This document shows, piece by piece, positions 11,472-23,613 of a DNA stretch of 64,000 nucleotides; the first letter of the stretch is position 1, and every line of letters starts with the position of its first letter. A program made the translations under genes and the position numbers. Under the pieces are notes generated by a model. The model was given only the letters and a program-made list of their open reading frames with translations, made no database searches and was not told the origin of the DNA. The DNA is from an uncultured Planctomycetota bacterium. GTDB lineage: Bacteria > Planctomycetota > Planctomycetia > Isosphaerales > Isosphaeraceae. The stretch covers positions 160,001-224,000 of the forward strand of contig CAWJTV010000015.1 of assembly GCA_963845755.1 (NCBI GenBank), written 5' to 3'.

Positions 11472-14400
11472 TTGGACCAGGCCAGAAGCGATGCGAAGGC
11501 GATATTTATGGAGGCTCTGGACCGCGAACCCGGCGCCGAGCGGGCCGCGTACCTGCATGCCGCCTGCGGGGACCGCTTCGATCTGAGAAAGCGAGTCGAG
11601 ACCCTCCTTGCGGCCCACGAGCGGGCCGACGAAGTGCTCGGGCCTGATTTGGGCCCGAAGGACGCGGCCACCGTCGCCATGACCTTCGTTCCCGGCCCGG
11701 GACCGGAGATCGAGCCGACCCAGGCCATCGCCTCACGCGCCAATACCCTCGGCGCGACCGTCGCCCCGACTGCGGGCGTCGATGCCGGAGTTGAGACGGC
11801 CGCTTACCCCGAAAGCCGAAATGGCGACGGCTTGGCCCAAGGTACGACGGTCCGCTACTTCGGCGACTACGAGATCCTGGGTGAACTGGGCCGCGGCGGT
11901 ATGGGCGTCGTGTACAAGGCCCGGCAGGTCTCTCTCAACCGAGCGGTGGCCCTCAAGGTGGTGCGTTCGGGGGTTCTGGCCGGCGACGACGAATTGCGCC
12001 GATTCCAGAATGAGGCCGAAGCCGTGGCCATGCTCGACCACCCGGGCATCGTCCCGGTGTATGAGGTCGGCGAACACAACGGTCAGCGCTACCTCAGCAT
12101 GAAACTGATCGAGGGCACCAGCCTCGTCCCCGCGCTCGCGAAGTACAAGGACGACCCGACTGCAGCCGCCCGGCTCGTCGTCGAGGCGGCCGGGGCTGTG
12201 GCCCATGCCCACATGCGCGGGATTCTGCATCGCGATCTCAAGCCGGCGAACATCCTGGTTCGACCCGGATGGCCGCCCGCACGTCACCGACTTCGGCCTG
12301 GCCAAGCGCCTGGAGGAGGACGTCGAGCTCACCCAGTCGGGCGCGATCCTGGGCACGCCCGCCTACATGTCGCCCGAGCAGGCCAAGGGCCGCCGTGGTA
12401 CGATCACCACGGCCACCGACGTCTACGGCCTGGGGGCCGTGCTCTATGCACTTCTGGCCGGAAAGGCACCCTTCGGCGAAGACAGCGTGCTGGACACCCT
12501 GCAAGCGGTGAAGGAGCACGCTCCCGAACCACCTACCCGGTTCAACGCCAAGGTGTCCCGCGACCTGGAAAGGATCTGTCTCAAGTGTTTGGAGAAGCAT
12601 CCGCGCCATCGCTACCCGACGGCTCAGGCCCTGGCCGACGACCTTTGCGCCTGGCTGGAGCACCGGCCCCTCGCGGCGCGGCGCGTCGGCGCGGCCGAGC
12701 GCGCCTGGCTCTGGTGCCGGCGTCGGCCGGCACTGCGCGGGACTTCTTGCGGCGCTTCTCACGGCGTTTGCGCTCTTGATCATCGGAGCGACGGGTTTCT
12801 CGATCGTCTATGCCCGCCAGCAGGCCGACCGGGCGCGGACCGAGCGAGTCCTGCGCCTGGAGGCGATGCAGGAGCGGGATCGTAATGCCGCGCGAGGCGT
12901 ACATCAGCAGCATCAACCTCGCCTGGCATGAGTGGCAGGACGCAAACCCGGCCCGGGTCCGCGACCTCCTCGAAGCGACACGGCCTGCGTCGGGCGGCCT
13001 CGACTTTCGGAGCTTCGAATGGTTCTACCTGGATCAACTCGGCCGGACACCCCTCTGGACCTACACGGCGAACGAGTTGTTCGGGTCGAACCTCGTATTG
13101 GGTCCTGAAGGCACCTGGGTTGCCGCGGCGCTGAACCGGCGTGATGGCCAAGCGAACGACATCGTCGTCCTCGATGCCCACACGGGGAAGGAGATTCGGA
13201 AGATCGTCGGACGGCGCGTTCCGTTCACCCAGATCGCGATCAGCCCTGTTGACAACCAGCTTGTCACCTTGGACGCCGACGGAATGGTCGTCTTTCTTGA
13301 TGTCGAAACCGGCGAGGAACGACAGAGGCTCTTCAGCACGTCGATCCAACCGACGGGTGTGGGACGTGTGACGTTCAGCCACGATGGTCGGTATCTGGCC
13401 AGGCCGGTGCCGAAATCGCCGCCGGATTCCTCTCGATCCTCGGTCGAACTCTGGGATGTTGCGGCGAAACGAAAGGTCCAGAGCTTTTCGATGCGCCCGG
13501 ACGATCTCGGAGCCCGGCCGTTCAGTGTGAGCCCCGACGGGAGCCGCATGGCCATCGCGTCTGGGAAGCTGAACATCTGGAACGTATCGACGGGCAAGGT
13601 CGAGAAGGAGATCGACACGAGCGCGCTTCTCACCGACGTGTCTTTTAGTCCCGACGGCACGTCGTTGGCCGTGGCAACGTTCACGGGCTGGATTGGACTC
13701 TGGGATCCCGCAACGGGTCTCCGTGGCAGGACACTCAGCGGCCACCGAGGCGAGATCCATCGGATCGACTTCAGTCCAGACGGAAGGCGACTGGCGTCCG
13801 CCGGCCGTGACCGGGTCGTCAGGATCTGGGACGTTTTCTCCGGGAACCTTCACCTCGAGCTGCGCGGTCATGAATCCGAGATCTGGGACGTGGGCTTCAC
13901 TCGCGATGGCCATCACCTCGTATCGGTCGGCTTCCACGATGGCGAGGTCAAACTCTGGGGCACTGAACGAGCACCGGAGTCGAACGTGCTGAGCCAGGAG
14001 CCACTTTCTCCCATGATCCTCCCGACGTTCGGGCTGGCCTTCAGTCCCGACGGTCGAGTGCTCGCGGCGACACAGGCCGCGGGAACCCTCCAGGTATGGG
14101 ATCCCGGCGGGAGCCGGCCGCTGTACCGGATCGACAGCCGCGCCGCGATCGGCCGCGGTTGGGTTGCGATCGGCCCCAGGTCGGACGTGCTTGCGATGCT
14201 GGATGACAAACGATCGATCGTCCTCCGAAATCCGTTCGACCGGCGCCGAGATTCGGACCCTGGACTCCTCCGAAAGCAGCCGAGTGTGTGTCTTCAGCCT
14301 GAATGGCCGGTTCCTGGTCGGGGGTAGCGATCGGGTGAACACGATTCGGGTCTGGGAAGTGGCCTCGGGACGACTCGTTGCGATCCTCGATGGTCATGCC

Positions 14401-14913
14401 CAGCCCGTCGAATGCCTGGCCTTCAGTCCAGACGGAGGGAAACTGGCGTCCGGCAGCTTCGACAAGACCGTGAGGATCTGGGACTTCGCCTCACGAAAGG
14501 AGGTGATGGTCTATCGCGGCCACTCCAGCGGGATCGCCAGCGTTGCCTTTCATCCGGATGGGCAGAGCCTTGCCTCCTCAAGTTTGGATTCCCGGCTTCG
14601 CGGCGAGATCCGGCTGTGGGACGCCAAGACCGCCAAGGACTCGCAGGTTCTTCGCGGACACGCCGCTTTCGTGCGGAGGCTTGCGTTCCTCCCGGATGGG
14701 CAACGCCTGGTGTCCCTCGGGGATGACGGGGTACTCAAGGTCTGGGATGTCGTATCTGGACAGGAGACGCTCTCGATCACAGCCCATGGCCGGAATGGTC
14801 TTGGACTGGCCGTCAGTCCCGACGGACGACGACTGGCAACCTCGGGCGCGGAGGGATCCATCCGAATCTGGGATTCCGGGGTCCCACTCGCGCGATCGCC
14901 AGTTGACCATTAG
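11472..14913 (+). CDS. Ser/Thr protein kinase with WD40 repeats (frameshifted)
   Basis: [24 protein letters not shown] and [10 protein letters not shown]; many GH...WD repeats. Confidence 0.9.
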
Positions 14914-14925
14914 ACTTTATCAGAA

Positions 14926-15039
14926 TCTGTTCCCGAAGGGGCAGGTCCGGGCGAGCGGGGGCCGTCGGCCCCCTGTCCGGTGAGAGACGACCCTCGAAGA
15001 CAGGGGGCTGACACCCCCCGCTCGCCGTTCGGGAACAGA
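14926..15039. repeat. long imperfect palindrome (REP-like)
   Basis: tctgttcccgaa..ggcgagcggggg..ccccctgtc pairs with gacaggggg..cccccgctcgcc..ttcgggaacaga; a half copy lies near 10023-10045. Confidence 0.7.
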
Positions 15040-15161
15040 CTTTCAGAAACAAGGACTTCCGTGCGTTTTCCCCAGGATTTCTCGAGGATAGCCCCCTCGA
15101 AGTCGCAATCGGGGATGACGTCGGATGCGTCCACACTCGTGCTCTTGACCCGTGTCTTTCC

Positions 15162-16271
15162 GTGGCTGGGAGGGTGACGATGATGAGTTGCAGGGAATCG
15201 GGACGGCGGCTCTTCGCTCCGGCTGTGCTCCCCATGCTGGCAAGTGGTGCGCTCACCCTGCCGCTCCTGACTGTCCTAGCGGCCGCAGGCGAGTTCCAAC
15301 CCAACGCTCTCAAGTTCGGGTCGGTTCGAGTTGGTGCAACCGCCGAGGGCAGCGTGCGCATCTTCCGGAACGGGAAGGAGGCAAGCGGGCTGGCGGTCAA
15401 GGTCGAGCCACCCGCTTTCGTGCGGGTCGAGCAGATCCAGGTCGGCAGCCAGGAATTTGGGGCCAACATCCGGGGCTACTGCGATCTCTGGTTGTCCATC
15501 GACACCCGGCGCGCCGGGGATTATTCCGGCGAGCTGCGCGTCGAGATCGGTCGTGAGGGAGTCGCCGTCCCGGTGAGCGTGACGGTGCGACCACAGTTGC
15601 CGCACCTAACTCGGTTGCTCGTCGTGGAAACCCCGTTCGAAAGGTTCTCGACCAGCGACGCGGCCATATTCGACCCCTGGCTGGACCTGGTCAGCAAATC
15701 CCATCTCGACGTGCATTACCTCGATTCGCGACACCGGGGGGCCGTACTCGAAAAGATCGACCTCGAGAAGTTTGACATCGTCCTCCTGGGCATGGAAGGG
15801 CTCGTCGGTCTCGTCGATTCGGACATCAGGCTCTTGAGGGCTTTCATGGAGCGAGGCGGTCGGACGATCGTGGCAGCGAACGCCTTCTTCGTCGGGACCG
15901 TCGGCAAAGCCAACGAGTTGCTGGTGCCTTATGGATTGCGAATGAAGGACACCGAACCCCGCGACCGAAACGAGTTCCATCTGGGGGCAGCCGAGATCAC
16001 CCATGATCCGCTGACCGAGGGAGTGAAAACGCTGTACTTCCATCGTCCGTCTCCTGTCGCGGTCACGGACTCGCGGCAAGGGAGAGTCCTCGTGGCGGCC
16101 CCCGGTTCTCCCACTGAGGGTTTCGTCGCCGTGGCACGTGCTGGCCAGGGGGAAGTCGTTGCCCTCGGGGAGTCACTCTGGTGGAATTGGGTCGGCCAAG
16201 CCAAGGCGAGGGGGTCTGACAATGTGGTGTTGCTGAGGGACCTCCTGGAGAGACCCAGTCAGCGGAAGTGA
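15162..16271 (+). CDS. secreted hypothetical protein with Ig-like and class I GATase/ThuA-like domain
   Basis: Intact 369-aa ORF; LEKFDIVLL, FMERGGRTIV and GQGEVVALGE. Confidence 0.6.
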   Translation: MAGRVTMMSCRESGRRLFAPAVLPMLASGALTLPLLTVLAAAGEFQPNALKFGSVRVGATAEGSVRIFRNGKEASGLAVKVEPPAFVRVEQIQVGSQEFGANIRGYCDLWLSIDTRRAGDYSGELRVEIGREGVAVPVSVTVRPQLPHLTRLLVVETPFERFSTSDAAIFDPWLDLVSKSHLDVHYLDSRHRGAVLEKIDLEKFDIVLLGMEGLVGLVDSDIRLLRAFMERGGRTIVAANAFFVGTVGKANELLVPYGLRMKDTEPRDRNEFHLGAAEITHDPLTEGVKTLYFHRPSPVAVTDSRQGRVLVAAPGSPTEGFVAVARAGQGEVVALGESLWWNWVGQAKARGSDNVVLLRDLLERPSQRK

Positions 16272-16417
16272 GCCGACGTGGATCTTACCTCCGTGAGAGT
16301 GGCCAGTCGCATCGATCGTTTCAGCGGCAGCGAATCGCCGCCTGCCGAAACGGTCCGGACCGGGCTCGTTCAGCCCCGTTCGGGCGGTGCATGATCCCGC
16401 GAGCCGGAGTCCGCCCC

Positions 16418-17795
16418 ATGTCCCAGACGTCCGTCGTCTTGCCCCCCGCAGGCGTACTCCCTCCTGGGCCCAGGTCGCCGGCCTGGTGGCAGCTCTTCCG
16501 GTTCGCGGGCGACCCGCTCGGACTTCTCGCGGCGTGCCACCGCCGGTTCGGTGACGCCTTCACGCTGGATATCGCCGGCAACGGCCGGTTCGTGATGCTG
16601 TCCGACCCGGAGGCTGTCCGCGACGTCTTCCGCGGCGACCCGGCGGTGCTCCACTCGGGAGAGGCCAACGCGTTATTGACCCCGACCGTCGGGCGGTCCT
16701 CGGTCCTGGTGCTGGACGAGGCCCCGCATGCGCAACAGCGCCGGGTCCTGGTCCCGCCCTTGAAGGGCGAGCGGATGCGCGCGGTTCTTCGACGCCATGC
16801 GGCTGGAGACCCTGGAGGCCGTGCGGGCGTGGCCGCTCGAGACGCCGTTCCCCAGTCTGCCGGCGATGCGACGGATCACGATGCGGGTCATCCTCCGCAC
16901 GGGGCTGGGCCTGGCTCCCGGCCTGGAGATGGACCGCTTCGAGGCCAAGATGGAACGGTTCCTGTCCCAAGGCCGGCAGCGGTACGCCCTGGTGCTGATC
17001 ACGATCATCCCGATCGACCGGCTCAGCGGGTCGCGTTGGGCTCCGCTGTTCCGGCAACTGAGCGACCTGGACGATGACCTGTTCGCGGTCATCACGGCGC
17101 GGCGGCGGGGCGAGCACGGGCCGAGCGGCGAGAACGTGCTCGACGACTTGCTCGCGGCGACGCACGAGGACGGCTCGCCGCTCGATGATCGCGAAGTGCG
17201 CAATGCGCTCATCACGATCCTGATCGCCGGCCACGACACGACGGCGCTCGCCCTGTCCTGGGCGCTGGCCGATATCGTGCCGCGCCCGGAGGTCGTCGAT
17301 CGCCTGGCCGACGAGTTACGCCGGGTCACCGGCGGCGGGCCGCCCGAGGCGGAGCACCTGCCGGCGCTGGAGTACCTCGACGGGGCGATCCGCGAGAGTC
17401 TGCGGCGAAGTCCGGTGGTGCCGTTCGTCGTGCGGAGGACGGTCCAGCCGTTCGTGGCGGGCGGCCGGGAGTACCCTACCGGAGTGGTCCTCTGCCCCTG
17501 TTCGTACCTGGTCCACCGGCGCGCGGACCTCTACCCCGAGCCCGACCAGTTCCGCCCCGAACGATTCCTGAATCGGAAGTTCGGCCCGCACGAGTGGTTC
17601 CCTTTCGGCGGCGGCAACCGGGTCTGCCTGGGCATGCCCTTCGCGCTGTATGAGATGAAGGTCCTGCTCGCGACGCTCTTCAGCCAGGTCCGGCTTGCCC
17701 GCCCACCCGGGGCGCGGTCGCGGGCGAGGCGGTACGGCATCGTCCTGGGGCCGGATGATGGGGCTCGCGTGATCGTTCGGGGATCAAGACTCTAG
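16418..17795 (+). CDS. cytochrome P450 (frameshifted near 16785)
   Basis: AGHDTT I-helix, ESLR, PERF and FGGGNRVCLG heme motif. Confidence 0.92.
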
Positions 17796-17975
17796 AACGC
17801 TTCAGATGGGAAGCCCTCTAATTCAACGGTATTGCGCTTAATGCCATTGAGCAACGGCCTCTTTGTTCCCCGGTCGGGATCGCGAAGGCTCGGGGCAATC
17901 CCCCCACGAATGCAGCGATCGGATGGATCGAGCCTCGGTTCCTCTCGGCGAGTCCCGCGGGATTCGTCGCGGAAC

Positions 17976-18368
17976 TCACCTCGGTCTGGAGAAATATCCG
18001 AGCGCCCAGCCGACCGCCACTGCAAGGATCTGCGCGACCAACGCCCAGATCCGCTTGCCCCACTCGACCTTTTGCGTCTTGACCTATTCCTGCCACTTCT
18101 TTAGCTCCTCGGTCTCCTTGCGCATCAGAGCCAATTCGACCTTGAGATGGTCGATCGTCCCGAAGCTATCCCTCCATTCCCGGAGATCCTTGAGTTGCTG
18201 CTCGATGACAGCCAGCAATTTGCCGAACGCCGCGACCTCCCTGACGAGTTTGGTCTTCTCCGAGACGATCACGTCGAGCCGGCCGTCGACGGCTCGTAAC
18301 TGCTCCACGTGTCCCGAGACCACCTTGGTCAGGTCGTCGATCTTATCTTCATTCGTCTTGCTCGGCAT
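17976..18368 (-). CDS. coiled-coil protein with C-terminal membrane anchor, interrupted by an in-frame TAG at 18084-18086
   Basis: The frame continues past the TAG as VKTQKVEWGKRIWALVAQILAVAVGWALGYFSRPR*. Confidence 0.55.
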
Positions 18369-18369
18369 C

Positions 18370-19278
18370 TCAGCCCGCCTCCTTCACGCCCGTGATGTTC
18401 TCCAAAAGTTTCGTGTTGCGAATTTGGAGAAGATCACCCCAGAGCTTGAAGAGACGGCCCTTCATGTGTTGGGTCTTTGCCAGCTCGTCTGTCGCGAACG
18501 TGCCGGTGACTGTCCCCGTGAAGTCCGAGAGCTTGAGGGTCAAAACTGGTCGGCCATCGCCATCCTCGCCGAGGTCCCAGTCCACGGACACGAGCTCACG
18601 AGAAGTGCCTAGCACCTCGTCCAGCAGATTCGTCGCGGATTCGACCTGGTTGCGGAGGCCCGTTTCCCGATCGATCTTGTTTCGGATCACCGTGACCCAA
18701 GCACCGTCGCGGATATGACGCCGGTCGGAGAGCCGGGCATGCTTGAGCTTCCTGACGATCTCCAACAGGGATGTGATGGCTTCGGACGGAACTTCCCGGG
18801 GTTGCACCCCGTGGACGATCATGTTCCGGAGGTACATCCCCTCGCGGAGCCTGTCGGCCTCGGCTGGGTCGATGAGCCCGGCCTTCAGCAGGCCCTCGAT
18901 CAAGGTGGACGGCGTCCGCTTCTCGAAGGGGCTGCCTTCCCCCTGCAAGACCTCCCGCGCCGCGACCTCGAACGCTGTCCAGCCCATCAGCAACGCGGCA
19001 CGCCGGGTCTCCGGCGTCTGGAGCCGTTCGGCCACTCTCAGGAGTGATAGACTCGTGTCCCCGCCCATCTTCCCTTCGGCAATAACGACCGGTCGGTCCT
19101 TTTGCTCTCCATGCCTCTTGAGGCTGACCGCGAGAACCTCCTCGCCCTTGGTCGCAATTAAATCGACGTCAGGGATCTCCAGCAATTGGGCAAGCCCGCT
19201 GTGTGGATGGACTGCGACGGTGTAGCCGTCTCGTCGGTACCGGTCGGCAAGCACATTGATTGTTTCGGGTTCGGCCAC
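18370..19278 (-). CDS. restriction-endonuclease-fold (REase_AHJR-like) + HEPN domain fusion protein
   Basis: ADRYRRDGYTV..PDVDLIATKGEEVLAVSLK; HEPN helix GWTAFEVAAR and RNMIVH (Rx4H). Confidence 0.65.
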   Translation of the reverse strand: MAEPETINVLADRYRRDGYTVAVHPHSGLAQLLEIPDVDLIATKGEEVLAVSLKRHGEQKDRPVVIAEGKMGGDTSLSLLRVAERLQTPETRRAALLMGWTAFEVAAREVLQGEGSPFEKRTPSTLIEGLLKAGLIDPAEADRLREGMYLRNMIVHGVQPREVPSEAITSLLEIVRKLKHARLSDRRHIRDGAWVTVIRNKIDRETGLRNQVESATNLLDEVLGTSRELVSVDWDLGEDGDGRPVLTLKLSDFTGTVTGTFATDELAKTQHMKGRLFKLWGDLLQIRNTKLLENITGVKEAG

Positions 19279-19504
19279 GGCACACCCCTCAGCGAGTCGG
19301 ATTATTCGATTCCTCTGGCTCCTGAATCTATCCGGAACCGATACGCTCTCACAACTTGCGTTCGAAGGGTTGAGGTCCCTGTACGGGCCAAGGAGGGAGA
19401 GCTCATGATCGCTCGCCGGACGATCGGCCTTGTGAGCACAGGATTCTTTAACAATAATTTAACGAGGCAGATGGAGGTTTTGAGACTGGACGGATGACAT
19501 CGCC

Positions 19505-22080
19505 ATGCACACAATTCGACCGCTGGTCTTCGCGGCCATCGCGATCAGCCTGAGTCTGACCTCGACTGCTCGGGCCGGTGATACGAAGGAGACGGCACCG
19601 ACGTTTGAGCGGGATGTACGGCCGATCTTCAAGGCGTATTGCCTCGACTGTCACGGCGGGACGACAGAGCTCAAGGGAAAGCTCGACCTGCGCCTGGCGC
19701 GAACGGCGCGGCACGGAGGGAAGAGCGGGCCGGCGTTCGTCGCTGGCCAGCCCGAGGAGAGCCTGCTCTTGAGTCGCCTCCAGGACGGCGAGATGCCGCC
19801 GACGGAGAAGAAAGTCCCGCCGAGCCAGGTTGCCGTCATCGAGCGCTGGATCGCCTCGGGGGCCCGGACGAGCCGCGACGAGCCCGAGAGCCTGCCGCCG
19901 GGCATCGACATCACCCCCGAGGAGCGCGCCTACTGGGCCTTTCAGCCGATCCGCCGACCCGATCTGCCGGCACTCAAGTCCGAAGACCAGGCGCGGTGCC
20001 GAACGCCGATCGATGCGTTCCTGCTGGCGAACCTCCGCGAGCGTGGGGCGTCGTTTGCGCCCGAGGCGGACCGGCTCACGCTCCTGCGGCGGGCCAGCCT
20101 TCGATCTCACCGGGCTGCCACCGTCGCGCGAGCAGGTTGACGACCTATCTCGCCGACGCCGCCCCCGATGCTTACGAGCGGATGATCGACCGATTGCTCG
20201 ATTCGCCTCACTACGGCGAGCGCTGGGCGCGTCACTGGCTGGATGTCGCCGGATATGCCGATTCCGACGGCAACGGCAACGACGACACTCCGCGTGCTTA
20301 CGCGTACAAGTATCGCGACTACGTGATCCGTGCATTCAACCGGGACACGCCGCTCGATCGGTTCATCGTCGAGCAACTGGCCGGCGACGAGCTGGTCCCG
20401 CGTCCCTGGAACAACCTGAAGGCGGACCAGATCGAGACGCTCGCCGCCACGGGATTCCTCCGCACGGCCGTGGACGGGACTTCCACCGGTGCGCCCGACG
20501 AACCGCTCGCGGCCAATCAGGTCGTCGCCGACACGCTCAAGATCGTCGGCTCGACCTTCCTGGGACTGACCGTCGGCTGCGCCCAGTGCCACGACCATCG
20601 GTATGACCCGATTCCCCAGTCCGACTATTATCGCCTCCGCGCCGTCTTCGAACCGGGGCTCAATCCCGGGCAATGGCGACGACCTGCGGGCCGGCTGGTT
20701 TCGCTCTACACCGACGCCGATCGCGCCAAGGCGGCGGCCATCGAGTCCGAAGCGCAGAAGCTGGCGAAAGCCCTCGATGCGAAGTCACAGAAGTACCTGG
20801 ACGAGGCGGTGGAGAAGGAGCTGGCGAAGTTCCCGCCGAACCTCCGCGGCAAGCTCCGCGATGCGCTCAAGAAGCCCGAGGCGCAGCGCTCGGTCGAGCA
20901 GAAGAAGCTACTGGCCGCGAATCCGAGCGTGAACATCACTCCGGGGGTCCTTTACCAATACAACCCGGCCGCGGCCGACGACCTGAAGAAGGACCAGGCG
21001 AAAGTCGACGCCGAGCGGGCCAGGAAGCCGGTCGAGGACTTCGTGAGCGTCCTCGACGAGGTTCCCGGCGTGGTGCCCGAGACACGCATCTTCTACCGCG
21101 GAGACCATCGCCAGCCTACCCAACCGGTCAAGCCGGGAGACCTGACCATCGCGGCGACGTCCGGAGGGCGGTTCGAGATCGTACCGAAAGACTCCAAGAT
21201 CGCGACGTCGGGTCGACGGATCGCTTACGCGCGCCACCTCGTCGACGGCCGCCATCCGCTGGTCGGCCGCGTACTGGCCAACCGGATCTGGCTGCATCAC
21301 TTCGGCCGCGGGCTGGTCGACACGCCCGGCGACTTCGGCGTACTGGGCAACCGGCCGACCCATCCCGAACTCCTCGACTGGCTGGCGGATGAACTCGTCC
21401 GCCAGGGCTGGAGCCTCAAGCGGATGCACCGGCTGATCATGACGTCGGCGGCCTATCGGCAAGCGTCGCGCCGGGATTCGTCCCGGGGCATTGCCGACAC
21501 CGAGGATGCCTGGTATGGGCGTTATCCGCTCCGACGCCTCGACGCCGAGACCCTCCGCGACCGGATGCTCTTCGTGAGTGGTCGGCTCGATCGGACGCTG
21601 TTCGGACGTCCGGTCCCGGTCATCGAGGACACCGTCGGCCAGGTGCTGCCGGCGAATGACTCGCCCCGGCGCAGTACCTACCTGGAAGTCCGCCGGACCA
21701 AGCCCGTCTCGCTCCTGGCCGCGTTCGATGCGCCTGTCATGGCCGTGAACTGCGATCGCCGGATGAACAGCACGTCGGCGCCCCAGTCGCTGATGCTCAT
21801 GAACAGCGACTTCGTCCTGAACCACGCCCAGGCGCTGGCGAAGCGATTGCGGTCGGAGGCGCCGGCAAGCCCGACCTTTCCCGGATGATCGCCCACGCCT
21901 GGCAGCTCGCCTACGATCGTCCGATCTCGGACGAGGAAGGGGATTGGGCGGCGCGCGTTCGTCGCGGGGCAGCTCGACGCATTGGCGAAGGCCAATGCGA
22001 CCGGCGATCGGGAACTGACTGTTCTCACGGACCTCTGTCAGCAACTGCTGACATCCAACGAGTTCCTGTATGTGGACTAG
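19505..22080 (+). CDS. planctomycete cytochrome c / DUF1549 / DUF1553 (PSD1) protein (frameshifted)
   Basis: CLDCH, CAQCHDH, YGERWARHWLD, PTHPELLDWLA and terminal SNEFLYVD. Confidence 0.9.
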
Positions 22081-22143
22081 TAGTGTGGTTGCAACCCACC
22101 GAGAACGTGGATCCTGACCTTGGTGGGTTTCACCCACCCTACA
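22081..22143. repeat. REP-like hairpin (GTAGGGTGGGTGAAACCCACC type)
   Basis: ggttgcaacccacc ... ggtgggtttcacccaccctac between the two genes. Confidence 0.55.
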
Positions 22144-22164
22144 AAACAGCTTCAGGTGGTCTTC

Positions 22165-23613
22165 ATGTGGACTGATTCGCCCTATGCAACGCGACGTGCC
22201 TTCCTGGCGAAGAACTCGTTCGGAGTCGGTGCGTTTGCGCTGGCACACCTGCTGCGTCAAGAGGGGTTGCTGGCCGAGACGCCCAAGAAGCCCGGCGAGA
22301 ACTTGCCGCTTGATCTCAAGCCGAAGGCGCCGCACTTCGCTCCGAAGGCGACGGCGATGATCTCGATGTTCATGCACGGCGGTCCGTCGCACGTCAACCT
22401 GCTCGACCCCAAGCCCGAGCTGGCCAAACATCATGGGACCGAGTACGGTGGCGACGTCGTTTACAGCTTCATCCAACGGGCGAACAAGAAGCTCTTCGGC
22501 AGCCCGTGGAAGTTCACGAAGCACGGACAATGCGGCACCGAGGTCTCGGAACTGCTTCCGGCGACGTCGGGCATCGTCGACGACATCTGCGTGATCCGCT
22601 CGATGCACACCGGGCACAATGGGCATGAGGTCTCGATCCGATACTTCCACGGGGGGATTGCCGGCATCGCGGGCCGGCCGACGATGGGGAGCTGGATCGT
22701 GTATGGCCTGGGCAGCCCGTCGCAGGAACTGCCGGCCTACATGGTCCTCTCTGATCCCGGCGGCCACCCGGTCGACGGCACGATCAACTGGTCGAGCGGG
22801 TTCATGCCGCCGCTGTATCAGGGGACGGTGCTCCGCCCCGAGGAGCCGCGGATCTTGAACCTCGACCCGCCGCCGCATCTGCGTGGAACCTTGCAAGCGC
22901 AGAACCTCGCGTTCCTCGACCGGCTCAACCGCCGACATCAGGAACTGCATCCGGGCGAGTCCGACCTGGAGGCCCGGATCCAGAGCTACGAGCTAGCCGC
23001 ATCGATGCAGACGTCCGCCAAGGAGGCGCTCGACGTCACGAGCGAGCCTGCGTCGATCCGGCGGCTTTACGGGCTGGACCAGGACCACACGCGTGAATAC
23101 GGCACGCGCTGCCTGATCGCCCGCAGGTTGGTCGAGCGCGGAGTCCGATTCGTCCAGCTCTTCCTCGGCGGCCAGCCCTGGGACAACCACCAATCGATCC
23201 GTAGCGGGCTCGCCGACATCTGCCATCGGACCGACCGGCCGGCAGCGGCTTTGGTGACGGACCTGAAACAGCGCGGATTGCTCGACACGACGATCGTCCA
23301 CTGGGGCGGCGAGATCGGCCGGCTCCCCGTGAGTGAAGGGAACCTCGACAGCAACGCCGGCCGCGACCATAACGGCCAGGGGTTCTCGATCTGGCTAGCC
23401 GGCGGCGGGATCAAGGGAGGCATGACCTTCGGCGCGACCGACGAGGTCGGCCACCGCGCGGTCCAGGATGTCGTCACCCCGAACGACTTTCAAGCCACCC
23501 TCCTCCAGCTCTTCGGGCTGGACCATAACCGCCTCGTGTATCACGCCAACGGCCGCGAACAACGGCTCATCGACGGCCACGCGTCCCGGGTGGTCAAGGA
23601 GATCCTGGCGTGA
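22165..23613 (+). CDS. DUF1501 family protein (Tat-exported)
   Basis: TRRAFL, FMHGGPSH, ARRLVERGVRFVQ, GEIGRLP and GRDHN. Confidence 0.9.
   Translation: MWTDSPYATRRAFLAKNSFGVGAFALAHLLRQEGLLAETPKKPGENLPLDLKPKAPHFAPKATAMISMFMHGGPSHVNLLDPKPELAKHHGTEYGGDVVYSFIQRANKKLFGSPWKFTKHGQCGTEVSELLPATSGIVDDICVIRSMHTGHNGHEVSIRYFHGGIAGIAGRPTMGSWIVYGLGSPSQELPAYMVLSDPGGHPVDGTINWSSGFMPPLYQGTVLRPEEPRILNLDPPPHLRGTLQAQNLAFLDRLNRRHQELHPGESDLEARIQSYELAASMQTSAKEALDVTSEPASIRRLYGLDQDHTREYGTRCLIARRLVERGVRFVQLFLGGQPWDNHQSIRSGLADICHRTDRPAAALVTDLKQRGLLDTTIVHWGGEIGRLPVSEGNLDSNAGRDHNGQGFSIWLAGGGIKGGMTFGATDEVGHRAVQDVVTPNDFQATLLQLFGLDHNRLVYHANGREQRLIDGHASRVVKEILA

Noticed and set aside
12780..14342. 520-aa minus-strand ORF
   Set aside because: Antisense to the WD40 repeats, with no recognisable motifs
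10160..18086. Stop-codon recoding (Sec at the 10160 TGA, Pyl at the 18084 TAG)
   Set aside because: No supporting machinery or catalytic context; TGA and TAG act as normal stops throughout the window
20908..22950. 680-aa minus-strand ORF
   Set aside because: Antisense shadow of the PSD1 and DUF1501 genes, expected in high-GC DNA
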